Below, piece by piece: positions 1 to 14,143 of a DNA stretch of 64,000 bases. Under the pieces are notes generated by a model. The model was given only the letters and a program-made list of their open reading frames with translations. It ran no database searches and had not been told where the DNA came from. Origin of the DNA: Octopus vulgaris (Eukaryota); assembly GCA_951406725.2 (NCBI GenBank), contig OX597816.1, positions 39,804,001-39,868,000 on the forward strand. The letters are read 5' to 3'. Position numbers and translations under genes: made by a program. The first letter of the stretch is position 1, and every line of letters starts with the position of its first letter.

Positions 1-265
1 GTACCACATCTACTCCCCTCATCGACAACGACCATCGCATTTTCCACTTCAAATCGTCATAGTTGTTTATCAGATGAAAATACCTTGTTGTAGAATGCCA
101 ATTTACTTCCTGAGCTCAAATCCTGCCGAAGTTGACATTACATTTCATTCTTCCGAGATCGATAAAATGAATACCTATCCAGTACCAAGATCGATCAAGT
201 CAATTATACCTTGATCCAGATTGTAAGACAGTGGATTGGCGGTACTTGTTGAGCTGTAATCAATA

Positions 266-663
266 TCTTTATATATAAAAGTGAAGTTGTGTGTCTGTCT
301 CCTACGATTTAGATTCCTAACTACTCCCACATTTTGCGGTGCAGTTTAACCAAAACCGGGTATCTTATAGTCGTGATTCATATTGAGCCCTTCTGGGTAT
401 TAGCGCGCGTCTACAATCAGTCTACGATTAAAAAAAAAATTACCATCATTTTTTTCCATTTTAATGCATTTTTTTGCTATTATATAAGGGAAGTAACTCT
501 CTAAAAATGTCTACGATGAGTCAACGATTTAAAAAAAAATTTACCATCATTTTTTTTTCCATTTTTAATGCATTGTTTTGCTATTTTTTGGCTATAACTC
601 TCTAAAAATGCTTATATAGTTATTTCCCTTACAAACCCGAGCAACGCCGGGCGATACTGCTAG
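266..663 (+). mobile_element. Non-autonomous Helitron (family H1)
   Basis: A|TC start, subterminal hairpin cccgagcaacgccggg, CTAG|T end, no TSD. Confidence 0.85.
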
Positions 664-932
664 TTATTAATAAAATGGTGGATGATTGACTCAGTAGAGA
701 AATCCTTATTCTGATAAATATAATAGCGGCAGTATGGTAGAATCATTAGGACGGCATTTTGTTGTGCCTCCTTCCGGTTTGGATTCACATATCATTGAAG
801 TTGTTTTTGTATTTCATCAGTCAGGAAACAGTAAAACAATTATTACTCATATAATAGGGATTCCACTTGGTTTCAATAACTTGAACCGCCTGCTAATTGA
901 ATTATAGCGTAAGTGGCTGAGTATTCAACAGG

Positions 933-983
<51 letters not shown>

Positions 984-984
<1 letters not shown>

Positions 985-1378
985 TAGCAGTATCGCCCGG
1001 CGTTGTTCGGGTTTGTGAGGGAAATAACTATATAAGCATTTTTAGAGATGTAAAGTATAATAGCCATCTCAATATGGCTAACTACAAAGGGGTGGGGTGT
1101 TACTGTAGCTTTTTACGTTCTGAGATTTAATAAATTTTTAGAGAGTTACTTCCCTTATATATGCCAAAAATGCATTAAAAATGGGAAAAATTGATGGTAA
1201 TTTTTTTTTTAAATCGTAGACTCATCGTAGACGCGCGCTAATACCCAGAAGGGCTCGATATGAATCACGACTATAAGATACCCGGTTTTGGTTAAACTGC
1301 ACCGCGAAATGTGGGAGTAGTTAGGAATCTAAATCGTAGGAGACAGACAGCACACGACCTCTCTTTTATATATAAAGA
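984..1378 (-). mobile_element. Non-autonomous Helitron (family H1)
   Basis: Reverse-complement homolog of 266-663 with TC/CTAG termini at an AT site next to (TA)n. Confidence 0.85.
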
Positions 1379-2959
1379 TATATAAATACCTTTAACTCTT
1401 TTATTGCATAAATCAGATTTCTTCACTGAAATTTTCAACGCTCTTTACTGCGGAAAGCAATTTTATATATCAGTCTATTGTTTAGGAATTAAGATATCTT
1501 TTGTTGAGACATGTCAAGTTTATTGAAGCAATGGGACTTGCAGAAAATACCAATTCTCAAGGGCTTCTACACAGCTTCCGTCTAATCAATGTCACCCACA
1601 AGCCTTTGATCGAGGCGAAGCTATAGTAAAAGACCCTAGTTGAAGATGCCACGTTGTAGGATCAAACTCGGGACCTGGTGATTGCAATGCGAACTTCTTA
1701 ATTATTCGGTTATGCTACGTCTACTAGTTATGTACTCGGTTTGATTTAATCACCTAAACCACCGTCTTCCACACAAAAATGTATTGTAGTCTTGTGCCTA
1801 AGTTAGACATCTTTATTTTTTAGCTTTACGAATACCTATCGTACTGTAGAGTTTACTTTATCCTTTAGTCAGGAGGGAAGGCAGTGACGTTGACTGCTTA
1901 TGGGTTTTCCCAGACTTGTGTAAAGAAGGAATGAAGGTATCCTCAAGAAGGAGACCTTTCCAAATGCTTGCAATAGAGTACACTCCACTAAAAACATTCA
2001 AGGCGCTAGACAGTGCTGCTAAATCGGGTGACTGATTAAATCTATCATCTAAATAGGCCATGGCAAGATTTGAACTCAGGACGCAAAAGGCCAGAAGAAA
2101 CACCATAAAAAAATCGATCCCAAGATTGTGGAAGGCAAAATTGACCTCGGTGGAATTTGATATCAGGATACAGAGAATCAGAACAAATACGGCAAGTATT
2201 ACTCTATGACGCTATAACAACTTTGCCACTTCATCGTTGATAACACGTATTTTGACATAATATTCCTTGCAGACATACACAGCATATCTAGTTCCACTTT
2301 TTTCCAATTAATGATTACTGAATTTTAGCAAACAATTGATACTATCAAGACATTAATTGCTTCAAGATCGATAAAATACGTATTTCTAATAGATTCATGC
2401 ACGAGATATAACTGTGTGTTGCTGGAACAAGTGTAGCATTTTGTTGTTTTGTTGTTGTTGCTGCTGGTTGAGTTACTACTAATTTTATATATTCTTATAT
2501 TTTTTCTGTAGCAGCAAGCTCACCTCTGTGCAACTCAGAGATATACATTTTTGTCTATGTGCAAATGTGTTGAGAGAAAAACTCCACATAAAATGTATGC
2601 TGTGGTTAGTAGTCTACTATTTTTTATGTGTGCAAATAAATGATGCCAGTTTGTGATTTTATCTCTGTTTATCTTTGTTTCTGTTGTAATGGGGCTATTA
2701 TAACAGCTTAATGTACTAATCTCACGCATATAGTTTACCACAATCTTAAAATCCCTTTTATTGTCATAGTTCTCAACTAACACTTTGAGAGCAATATACT
2801 GATCGGAAGAGATCAATATGTCGATATCTCTTCTTCCCAGTTATAACAATAAGACCTGGGAAGTGCTCTCTTATTTTCTTTTTCAGTTTACTCAAGTTTG
2901 CCCCAGAGTGTTGTAACTTCCTTATTTTCAGCAGCAGTTATTGTTAAGTGTTCACACTA

Positions 2960-3372
2960 TTTGCATAGTGAGCTAACAGAGGGCTCCCATCATCGTAGTG
3001 ATCCGTGATTCTAAGAAACTTTGGGAAGGCCAATCGATGCGCATCTTCACTGCTTATGCAATTCCTGCCCAGGACTTTGAAAGATTTGCTGCAGAGAGAA
3101 AGCTAAGGCAAAGAGTTACCTATGGCGTTATGCAACAGTTTGAAGCTGAACGCACAGAGCAAAAGGATGAGCGAACAACGCGTCACGAATGCCATATTCA
3201 GTCACCAAATACAATAGAGTTCTTCAGCCATGTCTAGCTTGTCCTCGGATCTGTCTCTTTCGTATTTATTCTATTTACGTACTCACTAGCGGCTTGGTGG
3301 CACTGGAGGATGTAGAAGGATAAATTCGTCACCGAATCGATGGCCAGCTAGCCAGCCAGCCATCTCGCCAGC
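2960..3372 (+). mobile_element. RTE-clade LINE 3' end
   Basis: ELTEG..., AAERKLRQRVTYGVMQQFEAER, a C..C.RIC zinc-finger-like end and a (GCCA)n tail. Confidence 0.6.
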
Positions 3373-4276
3373 TAGTAAAGCAACCATATTGTCTACCTAG
3401 ATTTAGTAGTGTTTATTATCCAAAGAATATGATTCTTACCCGGTCCAAAAGTAAATAGTCCGAGACGATGTAGTCAATCATTTTGTGGTATTAAACACTG
3501 TCTCTCTGTCTGTCTTTCTCTCTTTCTCTCTCTCTTTCTCCCTCTCTCTTGATTGGTTAACTCTTATCTTCTGCAGCCATTATAAAACTTCTCTGAATTT
3601 TTGGGTGGATTTAGTAACTCGTTTTTTTTAATATGTTTCACATTACCCGACTCCTGTGTACTAAGACTGGGGAGGAGTTCCTCTTTTAGCTCACCTTGCA
3701 AGGATTTACTGTGTCACTTCTGTTTCTTGCTTCATTTCTTTTCAATTCTCTTTTCTGTCTGTGACAACTTCTATATTTCCACTCTTTGTTCTCTAATTAC
3801 TTTCTTATCTAGGTCAAGCATAAATTGATGATACAATTTGAATGAAATACAATGTGTATCTTTATATGCAACATAACCTAGCATTATCTTTTACAATGGA
3901 TATTATCTACTCTGGAAAGGCCAAAAGTTAAAATGAAGTCTAAAACAGAACTGTGCCTATCTGAGCTAGGTAGAAGTTTGCTTTTAACACCATTTAAAAA
4001 CTGTTTTACGAAAATAGCTGAGTTTTCATTAATTTTCAATATAACTTTATCAGAGGAGCATTAAGAGCTAATAACAAGACAGAGTCGTAGCATTAAATAC
4101 TCGTGCACTTCTTTAAAAGAGAACAGAGTATTATATTTTTTGTACACATGAAATGAATGCAAAAAGATAATTAGAATTTGTAAAAAAATAAATATTTACT
4201 ATTTACTAAAAAATAAACATTTATTATACAGCAGGCTCACTTTAAAAGTAAATAATTATTTCACTTTTATAGACAA

Positions 4277-4797
4277 CTAGCAGCATAGCCCGGCATTGCC
4301 CGGGTATGTAAGAGCCCCTGGAGCAGACATGATGCTCGCTGTGAATTTTAAAAAAATTCCTGCCAATTTGAGAAAGATATTGTCGAAAATATGTCATCTT
4401 GAATTTGAACGCGATTTCCCAAAATGGCATGATTTTATCGATTTTTCTGATGGTAAGGTATTGCATGGAAAACTAATGTCAGAATTAAGTTTCTTAGGGT
4501 AACATTAAGCTTCACCATAAGTTTGATGAAAATCGATTGCAAGTTGCGAAAACTACAACAGAAAATATGTTGCATATAAAAAGCTTAGATTCTCGACCCC
4601 ATGTCGAATTTATCGATTTTTTCAGAACTGGGGGAACTTTTCAAAATTTTCGCTGCGTTAGTTTTGAATTATGACATTGGGCTATGTGTGTGTCAAGTTT
4701 CATCAGAATCGGTTGAAAGCCATGGTCAGGGTGAGGGTACAACCTGACAGACACACAGACACACAGACAGACAAACTGCCGTTTATATATAGAGAGA
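4277..4797 (-). mobile_element. Non-autonomous Helitron (second family)
   Basis: Minus strand: A|TCTCTCTATATATAAA start, hairpin cccgggcaatgccggg, CTAG|T end; interior unrelated to H1. Confidence 0.8.
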
Positions 4798-5459
4798 TAA
4801 TATTAATATAAATAATTCCACCGATACGTTTAGCCACGACAATAACAGCAAAACATACATGCAGATTTTGCCAAACGAAAGAATCCTGAAATTGTTTGTC
4901 AGCATTAGTAGAAGAAATTTACCTTGTCATTTGCTAACGCTACCAGAAACAGGCAGATTCTAGATATAAACCATTTAACTGAGAAAGAAAACTGTTTGAC
5001 TGTACTATGTAACCAATGCAAACGTGTTTTTGCTAGAAGCCACAACACAAATACGAAAAAAAGAAAAAGAAATAACTTATTTTTGCATTTCCAAAGGTTA
5101 CATTCTTGAGGTGTCAAATATCTTTCTTACAGGCATTGATGTGCCGTGCAAAATTTTTCAGAAGAGTCAGAAAATTCCCCTCGATATCTTCACCTAATCA
5201 TTTAAACATTTTGCAAACGTCCTTAAAGCTACAATTACAACTGAAACGGCGAAATTTTACGGCATTTCCACATTCTCTAATGTTCATGTTTTAGGTTTCA
5301 GTATGTTTCTATTTTCTCAAATTTTTACCTACCACTCTAATATCAGACAGGTAAGCAACATTGCAAAAGCAACACACTTTTTCATTTACATTGAGTATCA
5401 CAGTATCACAGTATCACAGCAATCGCCCCGTTCGCCTACCTGATTGACTTATCACATTC

Positions 5460-5900
5460 CATAGCACTTTTGCATGATCTTTTTTAAGGACGTGTTGTTT
5501 TATGGTCTTAACATTTTACACATTTTCAAATACAATTTTTTTTACAAATTCCCAATGCATGATTTTAACAATTTTGTCATGTCTCCAGTTCTTATAAATC
5601 CTTTGAGTAAGCATTCTACATTCAGAAGTAACACGTGCAACCAATTCTCTTTCATTGCACATTCTACATGCAGCCAAAATGTATTTTTTATCTGTTTGTT
5701 TGATGTATCTTATTCTGGCTGATTGATTTACCCATCTACGATTAACCCGTCTTTCTCTTCAAAATCTCCATCTTTAAGCATTGAAATGATTTTTGGTTTT
5801 GATACTCTTCAGTACTTTGAGCAGAATTTCCAAGTAAGCCTTTCTACTCATATCGTTGCTTTCTAACTCCAAGAAAGTCAACTTCTCCGTTCATTTAGCT
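5460..5900 (-). mobile_element. R4/Dong-like non-LTR retrotransposon C-terminal remnant
   Basis: CRMCNERE..HVTSECRML..YKNWRHDKIVKIMHW: CCHC finger plus the RHD motif that precedes a restriction-like endonuclease. Confidence 0.6.
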
Positions 5901-6755
5901 TAATATTCCCCCACTCTTACCGCTACCAAAGGTACCACATCACTGGCAGCAATGTCTGTTTTTTTCTACCTACTCCCGTTATCAGTTTTCTATCCTTGTC
6001 AGTCAGATCCACCCATCTCTTCTGTTGGAATACAATCTGTCAGCATCCGCTCATGAGTGTAAGGCTCAGTTGACTGTCAACAATTTCCTTGTTTTTCTAT
6101 GTACCTTCTGAAACTGACACTCGCATTTTTCTGCTTTTTTTTATTGTCAATCTCATAGAATTTCTTAATATTTAAAAACCCATTGAATCTTTCAATACCC
6201 TAAGACCTGGGGTTAATGGTATCGACGGAAATCTTCCCATATTTGGCGTTCAACTGAGGATATTGCAATTATAATTCATTATCGGAAAAGTTAAAGTATT
6301 GATACCGATCGCCTTATTTATTTTCTTTTTTCTCTTTGGCATTTGCTGTTGTTTTTACTATCAATCTACTATTATTGTTGTTGTTATTATTATTATTGCA
6401 GTGCAGGCCATCGAAGTGACACTGAGGTAAAATATAAGAAGCTCAGTATACCTATCATGACAACCCATCTGATAAGGGTACATCAAGCACATGCATCACA
6501 ACCATTGTTGTTGTTGTTATTATCAACATACAGGTGGCTTTGAGATATCTTTGTGAAATATTCAGATTTAACATTACTTGATGGAAAAGTGAGTTTTTTA
6601 AAATTAAATTAATTTAACAACAACTTATGTATAAGACGTTCGCACTACAACATATATAAGTAGCGATGACAAGAACCTTAACAACAGTTTTTTAATGTCA
6701 CTAACCTATTTTGTTTTGTCGTTTCTGGTATCTTTTGTCTGTTGTATAGAATTTT

Positions 6756-7140
6756 TGGAAGCACTCCGTCGGTTACGACGATGAGTGTTCCGGTTGATCC
6801 GAATCAACGGAACAGCCTGCTCGTGAAATTAACGTGCAAGTGGCTGAGCACTCCACAGACACGTGTACCCTTAATGTAGTTCTCGGGGATATTCAGCGTG
6901 ACACAGAGAGTGACAAGGCCGGCCCTTGAAATACAGGTACAACAGAAATAGGAAGTAAGAGTGAGAGAAAGTTGTGGTGAAAGAGTACAGCAGGGATCAC
7001 CACCATCCCCTGCCGGAGCCTCGTGGAGCTTTTAGGTGTTTTCGCTTAATAAACACTCACAACGCCCGGTCTGGGAATCGAAACTGCGATCGTATGACCG
7101 CGAGTCCGCTGCCCTAAACACTGGGCCATTGCGCCTCCAC
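6756..7140 (-). mobile_element. SINE family B (tRNA head gtggaggcgcaatggcccagtggttaggg)
   Basis: A/B boxes; flanking direct repeat tgtatagaat. Confidence 0.9.
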
Positions 7141-7389
7141 TCGATGTATAGAATACGTACAATATGAGTGGTGTTATTTTGTTTGGTGATTATTTAGTAG
7201 TTGTATAAAGCAGTTTTATCCCGATTTTAATGTTCGTCAGTTTTAGAATACCCCAACGTAAACTTGTGTATTATAACAAATACTGCACAGATGTAATATA
7301 ATTCAACATTTACTGTAGAGTGTTGTTATAGATTTAGTTTTGATGAGCTAAAGTTGTTTTGTCAGCTTTAAATTAGGGATATGTCATTT

Positions 7390-7860
7390 ACTCTTTGACA
7401 AAGCTAGTCTAATATCTCTACTTGGAAGTTTCTAGTCTTGGACTTGATGCGGTACATTGTCGAGAATCTAAGTTCATAGATGTACGTTGTGTGATATGGA
7501 ACAATTACATCAATAGCCAGAATCATTAGGGTTGCAATCCTATCGCTTCCTGCTGAAGCCCTTCCTCCAAATTCAATATTCCTGGAACCGTCAAATGTGT
7601 TATGAATCACAGAAACATTTCTCGACTTCAAGAATTCATCTTCTGCACAGTTCTTGTCAGAAAAGATGTTACTGCAACCTAGAAATTACTGTTTTATACA
7701 CGCAGTGCTCATGCGTGTATAAAACAGGTACCTGGTGACCTAAATGGGTGAGCGTTTGTTCTTTGTGAAGACGTCAGGAGCAATTTCAGGCACCGAACAC
7801 TGAACCTCTTTGCAATAAAGCAATGGATTTAGACGCAGTTTGAATTCAAAAACTATATTT
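7390..7860 (-). pseudogene. hAT transposase C-terminal (dimerisation) remnant
   Basis: LAIDVIVPYHTTYIYELRFSTMYRIKSKTRN resembles the L..PF.TTYLCE..FS....K.K.RN motif. Confidence 0.65.
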
Positions 7861-8502
7861 CGAACGTTAGAGTTTCAAAATTCTCAGTCTAAGAACTGAT
7901 TGTATGTGGCAAATAGTTTGCTGCCCACTCTTATGATTTCGGATTCAGTGCCACTGCATGGCACCTTGGGCAAGTGTCTTCCACTATAGCATTGGAACGA
8001 CCAAAAATCTGTTACTGGATAAAATAAACAGAAACTGAACAATGTCTATCACATACATTGTTGTTGTTGTGACCCCCTTCGGTCATGAATGACCATGGGA
8101 TTGCACCTAGAAAGTTACTCTCCGAGGCACAAATCCGGTCAAGGTTGTTTGTGGAAGGCCAGCAGATGCCCATGCATACCAGCCTCCCCTCTCCACGCCA
8201 CCGATGTTATCCAAGGGAAAGGCAAAGGCCGAAACAGCTTGGCACCAGTGACGTCGCAGCTCATTTATTAACGTGCAAGTGGCTGAGCACTCCACAGACA
8301 CCCTTAAGGTAGTTCTCGGGGAGTTCAGCGTGACACAGAGTGTGACAAGGCTGGCCCTTTGAAGTTTCTAAGCACAATATCATCGTAAATACCGTTATGC
8401 TATCTACGTTTACGTGTAGTGGAAAATTTAGTCCATCTCATTGATGCAAATCGAACGAAAGAAGTGTATTGTTGTTTATATATAACATGTTACGTTCCAA
8501 GT

Positions 8503-8860
8503 GTGGAGGTGCAATGGCCCAGTGGTTAGGGCAGCGGACTCGCGGTCGGAGGATCGCGGTTTCGATTCCCAGACCGGGCATTGTGAGTGTTATTGAGCGA
8601 AAACACCTAAAGCTACACGAGGCTCCGGCAGAGGGTGGTGGTGAACCCTGTTGTACTCTTTCACCACAACTTTCTCTTATTCTTTCTTTCTGTTTCCGTT
8701 GTACTTGTATTTCAAAGGGCCAGCCTTGTCACACTCTGTGTCACGCTGAATCTCCCCGAGAACTACGTTAAGAGTACACGTATCTGTGGAGTGCTCAGCC
8801 ACTTGCACGTTAATCGTATCAGCTGGGACCCTCATCGTCGCAACCGACTGAGTGCTCCTA
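8503..8860 (+). mobile_element. SINE family B, variant tail
   Basis: Family B head and body; target tacgttccaagtg duplicated. Confidence 0.85.
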
Positions 8861-9622
8861 TACGTTCCAAGTGCTCCTATACGTTCCAAGTGCTCCTATA
8901 CGTTCCAAGTGAAAGTGAAGAGATTTACTTAATTGCAACGTAATCTTAGTATTAAGTTGAAAAGTAAAATACGAAAAGTATATTTACCGTTCTTAAAGCA
9001 ATGAAATATTAATTCTTTTTAGAACGCCGGCAAAGCATGCAAAAGTTGAAAATGTAAAATGCAAAATATAGCAGACAGCTATAAGATGAAATATTGCAAA
9101 GCAGTTGTAGACAAAATACTCTTTACTCTTTACTTGTTTAAGTCAATTGACTGCGGCCATGCTGGAGCACCGCCTTTGGTCGAGCAAATCGACCCCAGGA
9201 CTTATTCTTTGGAAGCCTAGTACTTATTCTATCAGTCTCTTTTGCCGAACCGCTAAGTTACGGGGACGTAAACACACCAGCGATATTTGCTGAGCAAAAA
9301 TTCAAATGAAGGGTTACTTGTGTAAGCGCATGCGCCTAGACTATAGTCCGGTCATGAAGACTTCACTCAAGCCGGGATCAAAAATAAGGTTATTGTATAT
9401 CATTGCGCATGTGTTACCGGAAGTCCATAATAAACATGTATTATTTTTCAAATGACATCGCAAATATTTGTTGTTGACGCACTTATTAATAGTGTGCATT
9501 TTCTTCCCGCCGCTTCTTTAATACTAATAATATCTTGTTTTAAGCTTGTTTGAGTTGCTGACAACATTTTGTATTGAAACTTTTGCGGTAGCAGAATTCG
9601 CTCTTATTATTATTATAGGTTA

Positions 9623-10008
9623 TACTCTTTACTCTCTTTACTCTTTTACTTGTTTCAGTCATTTGACTGCGACCATGCTGGAGCACCACCTTTAGTCGAG
9701 CAAATCGACCCCAGGACTTATTCTTTGTAAGTCTTATTCTATCGGTGTCTTTTGCCGAAACGCTAAGTTACGGGGACGTAAACACACCAGCATCGGTTGT
9801 CAGGCGACAAACACAGACACACAAACACACACACACACACACACAAATATATCGGACTTCTTTCAGTTTCCGTCTACCAAATCCACTCACAAGGCTTTGA
9901 TCGGCCCGAGGCTATAGTAGAAGACACTTGCCCAAGGTGCCACGCCGTAGGACTGAACCTGGAACCATGTGGATGGTAAATAAGCTACTTACCACACAGC
10001 CACTTCTG
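9623..10008 (-). mobile_element. SINE family A (tRNA head, CORE-like ccttgggcaagt, internal microsatellite)
   Basis: Homologous to the other family A copies; a partial 3' copy lies at about 9115-9281. Confidence 0.85.
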
Positions 10009-10589
10009 CTTCATTATCTTTTTTTTTCAGTTAGTATTCTCCATTACTTCATCATTGGTATTATTTTTTACGACACAATGAAATTCATCACCACCGGGAT
10101 CGCCACGACAAGCTCTTCCTGCATCTAACGCCGACAAGGACAACCTCATAATTCATCCTTACGCATGTAAGCTCACTAAGTGAATATGACTACAGAAACC
10201 TTCATTTATCTTATACGATGTTTAATGTCGTTTCACATTCAAGTTGAATTACGCAGCAATCTTTATGTTCTTTTCGTAGAACACTTGTAATGTATGTATT
10301 ACCAGTTCTTTTGTTATAGTAGATTTTTACTACTCTTGTTTATGTCTCCTCACAGATATGCATGTTTTTCAAAACTCGAAAAAATATGGAAAAAAGTGAA
10401 AGGGCTGCCAGTTTTTCAAGCTGAGAGGATGTAAAATCTGTTTGACATTTTTCTCCTTTTCTTCTCTTTTTCTCTTCCCTTTGACGAAGGATTGAACCCA
10501 ACACGTTGGACATTCCAATCCTCACGGCAAATTCACTGCACCCCTTTCACTTTTTTTCCATATAAATGTAGTATGTATGTGTGTGTGTG

Positions 10590-11952
<1,363 letters not shown>

Positions 11953-12379
11953 TTGTAGCTGGACGTATTTGGAATATATCTCATTAAATCACCCTTTTTG
12001 TTAACGTCAAGCAACCTCTCAATATCTTATTGTCGTACTTTCTGTAGGTCAAGTCGCCATATTTCTGCCTCATTTCACTTTGATATGCTTCGGGTACACG
12101 CATGATCGCAATGATTTTTCTCTAAAAAAAAAAAAATTCAAATTGAGCATTAACCATACAAATCTGAGTTAATTGCCATTATATAGCCATATCATATATG
12201 CCATTATATATGTCGAGGAAGATTAGTAAAATAAATGTTTAATTCTCTTGCTCCTTTTATTTCTCCTCCTATTTTTTTCTCATTTACAGCATATTATTAT
12301 TAAAAGATAGGAACCAGTGCAATGGCACTGGTTCTTTCTATCTTACTCGTTTTTATTGTGGTTATCTGCACCAAGCAGA

Positions 12380-13160
12380 CGGCGAGCTGGCAGAAACGAT
12401 AGCACGCCGGGCGAAATGCGTTGCCGTATTTCGTCTGCCGTTACGTTCTGAGTTCAAATTCCGCCGAGGTCGACTTTGCCTTTCATCCTTTCGAGGTCGA
12501 TAAATTAAGTACCAGTTACGCACTTGTGTTGATGTAATCGACTTAATCCGTTTGTCTGTCCTTGTTTGTCCCCTTGTGGGCAGTAAAGAAATAAGAATCG
12601 TTAGTACGCCGGGCGAAATACTTAACGGTATTTCGTCTGCCGCTACGTTCTGAGTTCAAATTCCGCCGAGGTCGACTATGCCTTTCATCCTTTCGAGGTC
12701 GATTAAATAAGTACCAGCTACGCACTGGAGTCGATATAATCGACTTAATCCGTTTGTCTGTCCTTGTTTGTCCTCCCTGAGTTTAGCCCTTTGTGAGTAG
12801 TAAAAAAATAGGTATTTCGTCTGCCGTTACGTTCTGAGTTCAAATTCCGCCGAGGTCGACTTTGCCTTTCATCCTTTCGAGGTCGATAAATTAAGTACCA
12901 GTTGCGCACTGGGGTCGATATAATCTACTTAATCCGTTTGTCTGTCCTTCTTTGTCTCCTCTATGTTTAGCCCCTTGTGGGCAATAAAGAAATAAGAATC
13001 GTTAGCATGGCAGACAAAATGCTTAGCGGCTTTTCTTCCGGCTCTTTGCATTCTGAGTTCAAATTTTATCTGGTCAGCTTTGCCTTTCGGCCTTTCCGGC
13101 TCAAGTACGGGAGTCGATGTAATCGACTTGACCTTCGCCTCAACATTGCTCGCCTAGTGC
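12380..13160 (+). mobile_element. Head-to-tail multimer of SINE family C (Meta-domain-like gcctttcatcctttcg.ggtcgataaa)
   Basis: Three near-identical ~180-200-bp units plus one diverged unit. Confidence 0.85.
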
Positions 13161-13194
13161 CAAAATTAGAATTATTTGCACCTAGTCCTTGCTA

Positions 13195-13320
13195 TTCTTC
13201 TTCTTCTTCTTCTTCTTCTTCTTCTTCTTCTTCTTCTTCTTCTTCTTCTTCTTCTTCTTCTTCTCCTCCTCCTCCTCCTCCTCCTCCACCTCCTTCTTTT
13301 TCCTCCTCCTTCTCCTCGTC
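13195..13320. repeat. (TTC)n/(CCT)n trinucleotide repeat
   Basis: Direct reading. Confidence 0.95.
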
Positions 13321-14007
13321 CCCCACCAGCTGCGCTTCAGTCTATTTCTATACGTTTCACATACGCCTACATGTAATGTATAGCATACGATTTCATCAAT
13401 AAATAAACGCAAGAATAAAGACATCCTACACATGCCAGTTGGGAATCGACATTAGATTCCATGGTTATTGTCAAAGTAAATTATCCATACTCCTTTAATG
13501 GTCGTTATTTTCCGGTTTTGATTTTCTTGGTTGGTCGCTAACATAAGTTTATACGCATGTAGTTTCTGAATGGCTGTCATGGCGTAGTCTCTGTTTTCTT
13601 TAGTGTGGAACGTTCAGAAGAGAGAATCCTATAGCGTAACAGCAATAGAGCGCCTCAGTGTATTTACTCTACCAGCTAGAAATAGCAGCCAAATCTCTTC
13701 ATCTTTAGAAAGAAGAGGGAAACACTCTAAAATGTAGTCCTTGAGCAGGGGTTCTCAATTGTGGATCAATTTGGTTTATATATATTTCCATGGAATAAAA
13801 TTAATGAAACTAAGTTTTAAAAAATCAAACTGAGCAAATGTAATTCTTTCTATTACACTGGGCAAAAAATACAACAACTTTTTTCTGGTACCTGGAATAT
13901 TTCAACGAATTCTTAAGGGATTTTGCCTACTAAATTCAAAACTAACTTCAGTTTTTCTCTATCAGGTCTAGTTTTATGATTCGACCTGATAGAGTAATAT
14001 TCTTGTG

Positions 14008-14143
<136 letters not shown>

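Noticed and set aside
8503-8580. tRNA-like sequences with A/B boxes
   Set aside because: They are SINE heads continuous with SINE bodies and lack a complete cloverleaf.
8469-8943. Recurrent ORFs such as MVVIPAVLFHHNFL, DGLLSVSVYQIHSQG and RPRKDERQSRPRR
   Set aside because: They recur only because they are frames of SINE families A, B and C.
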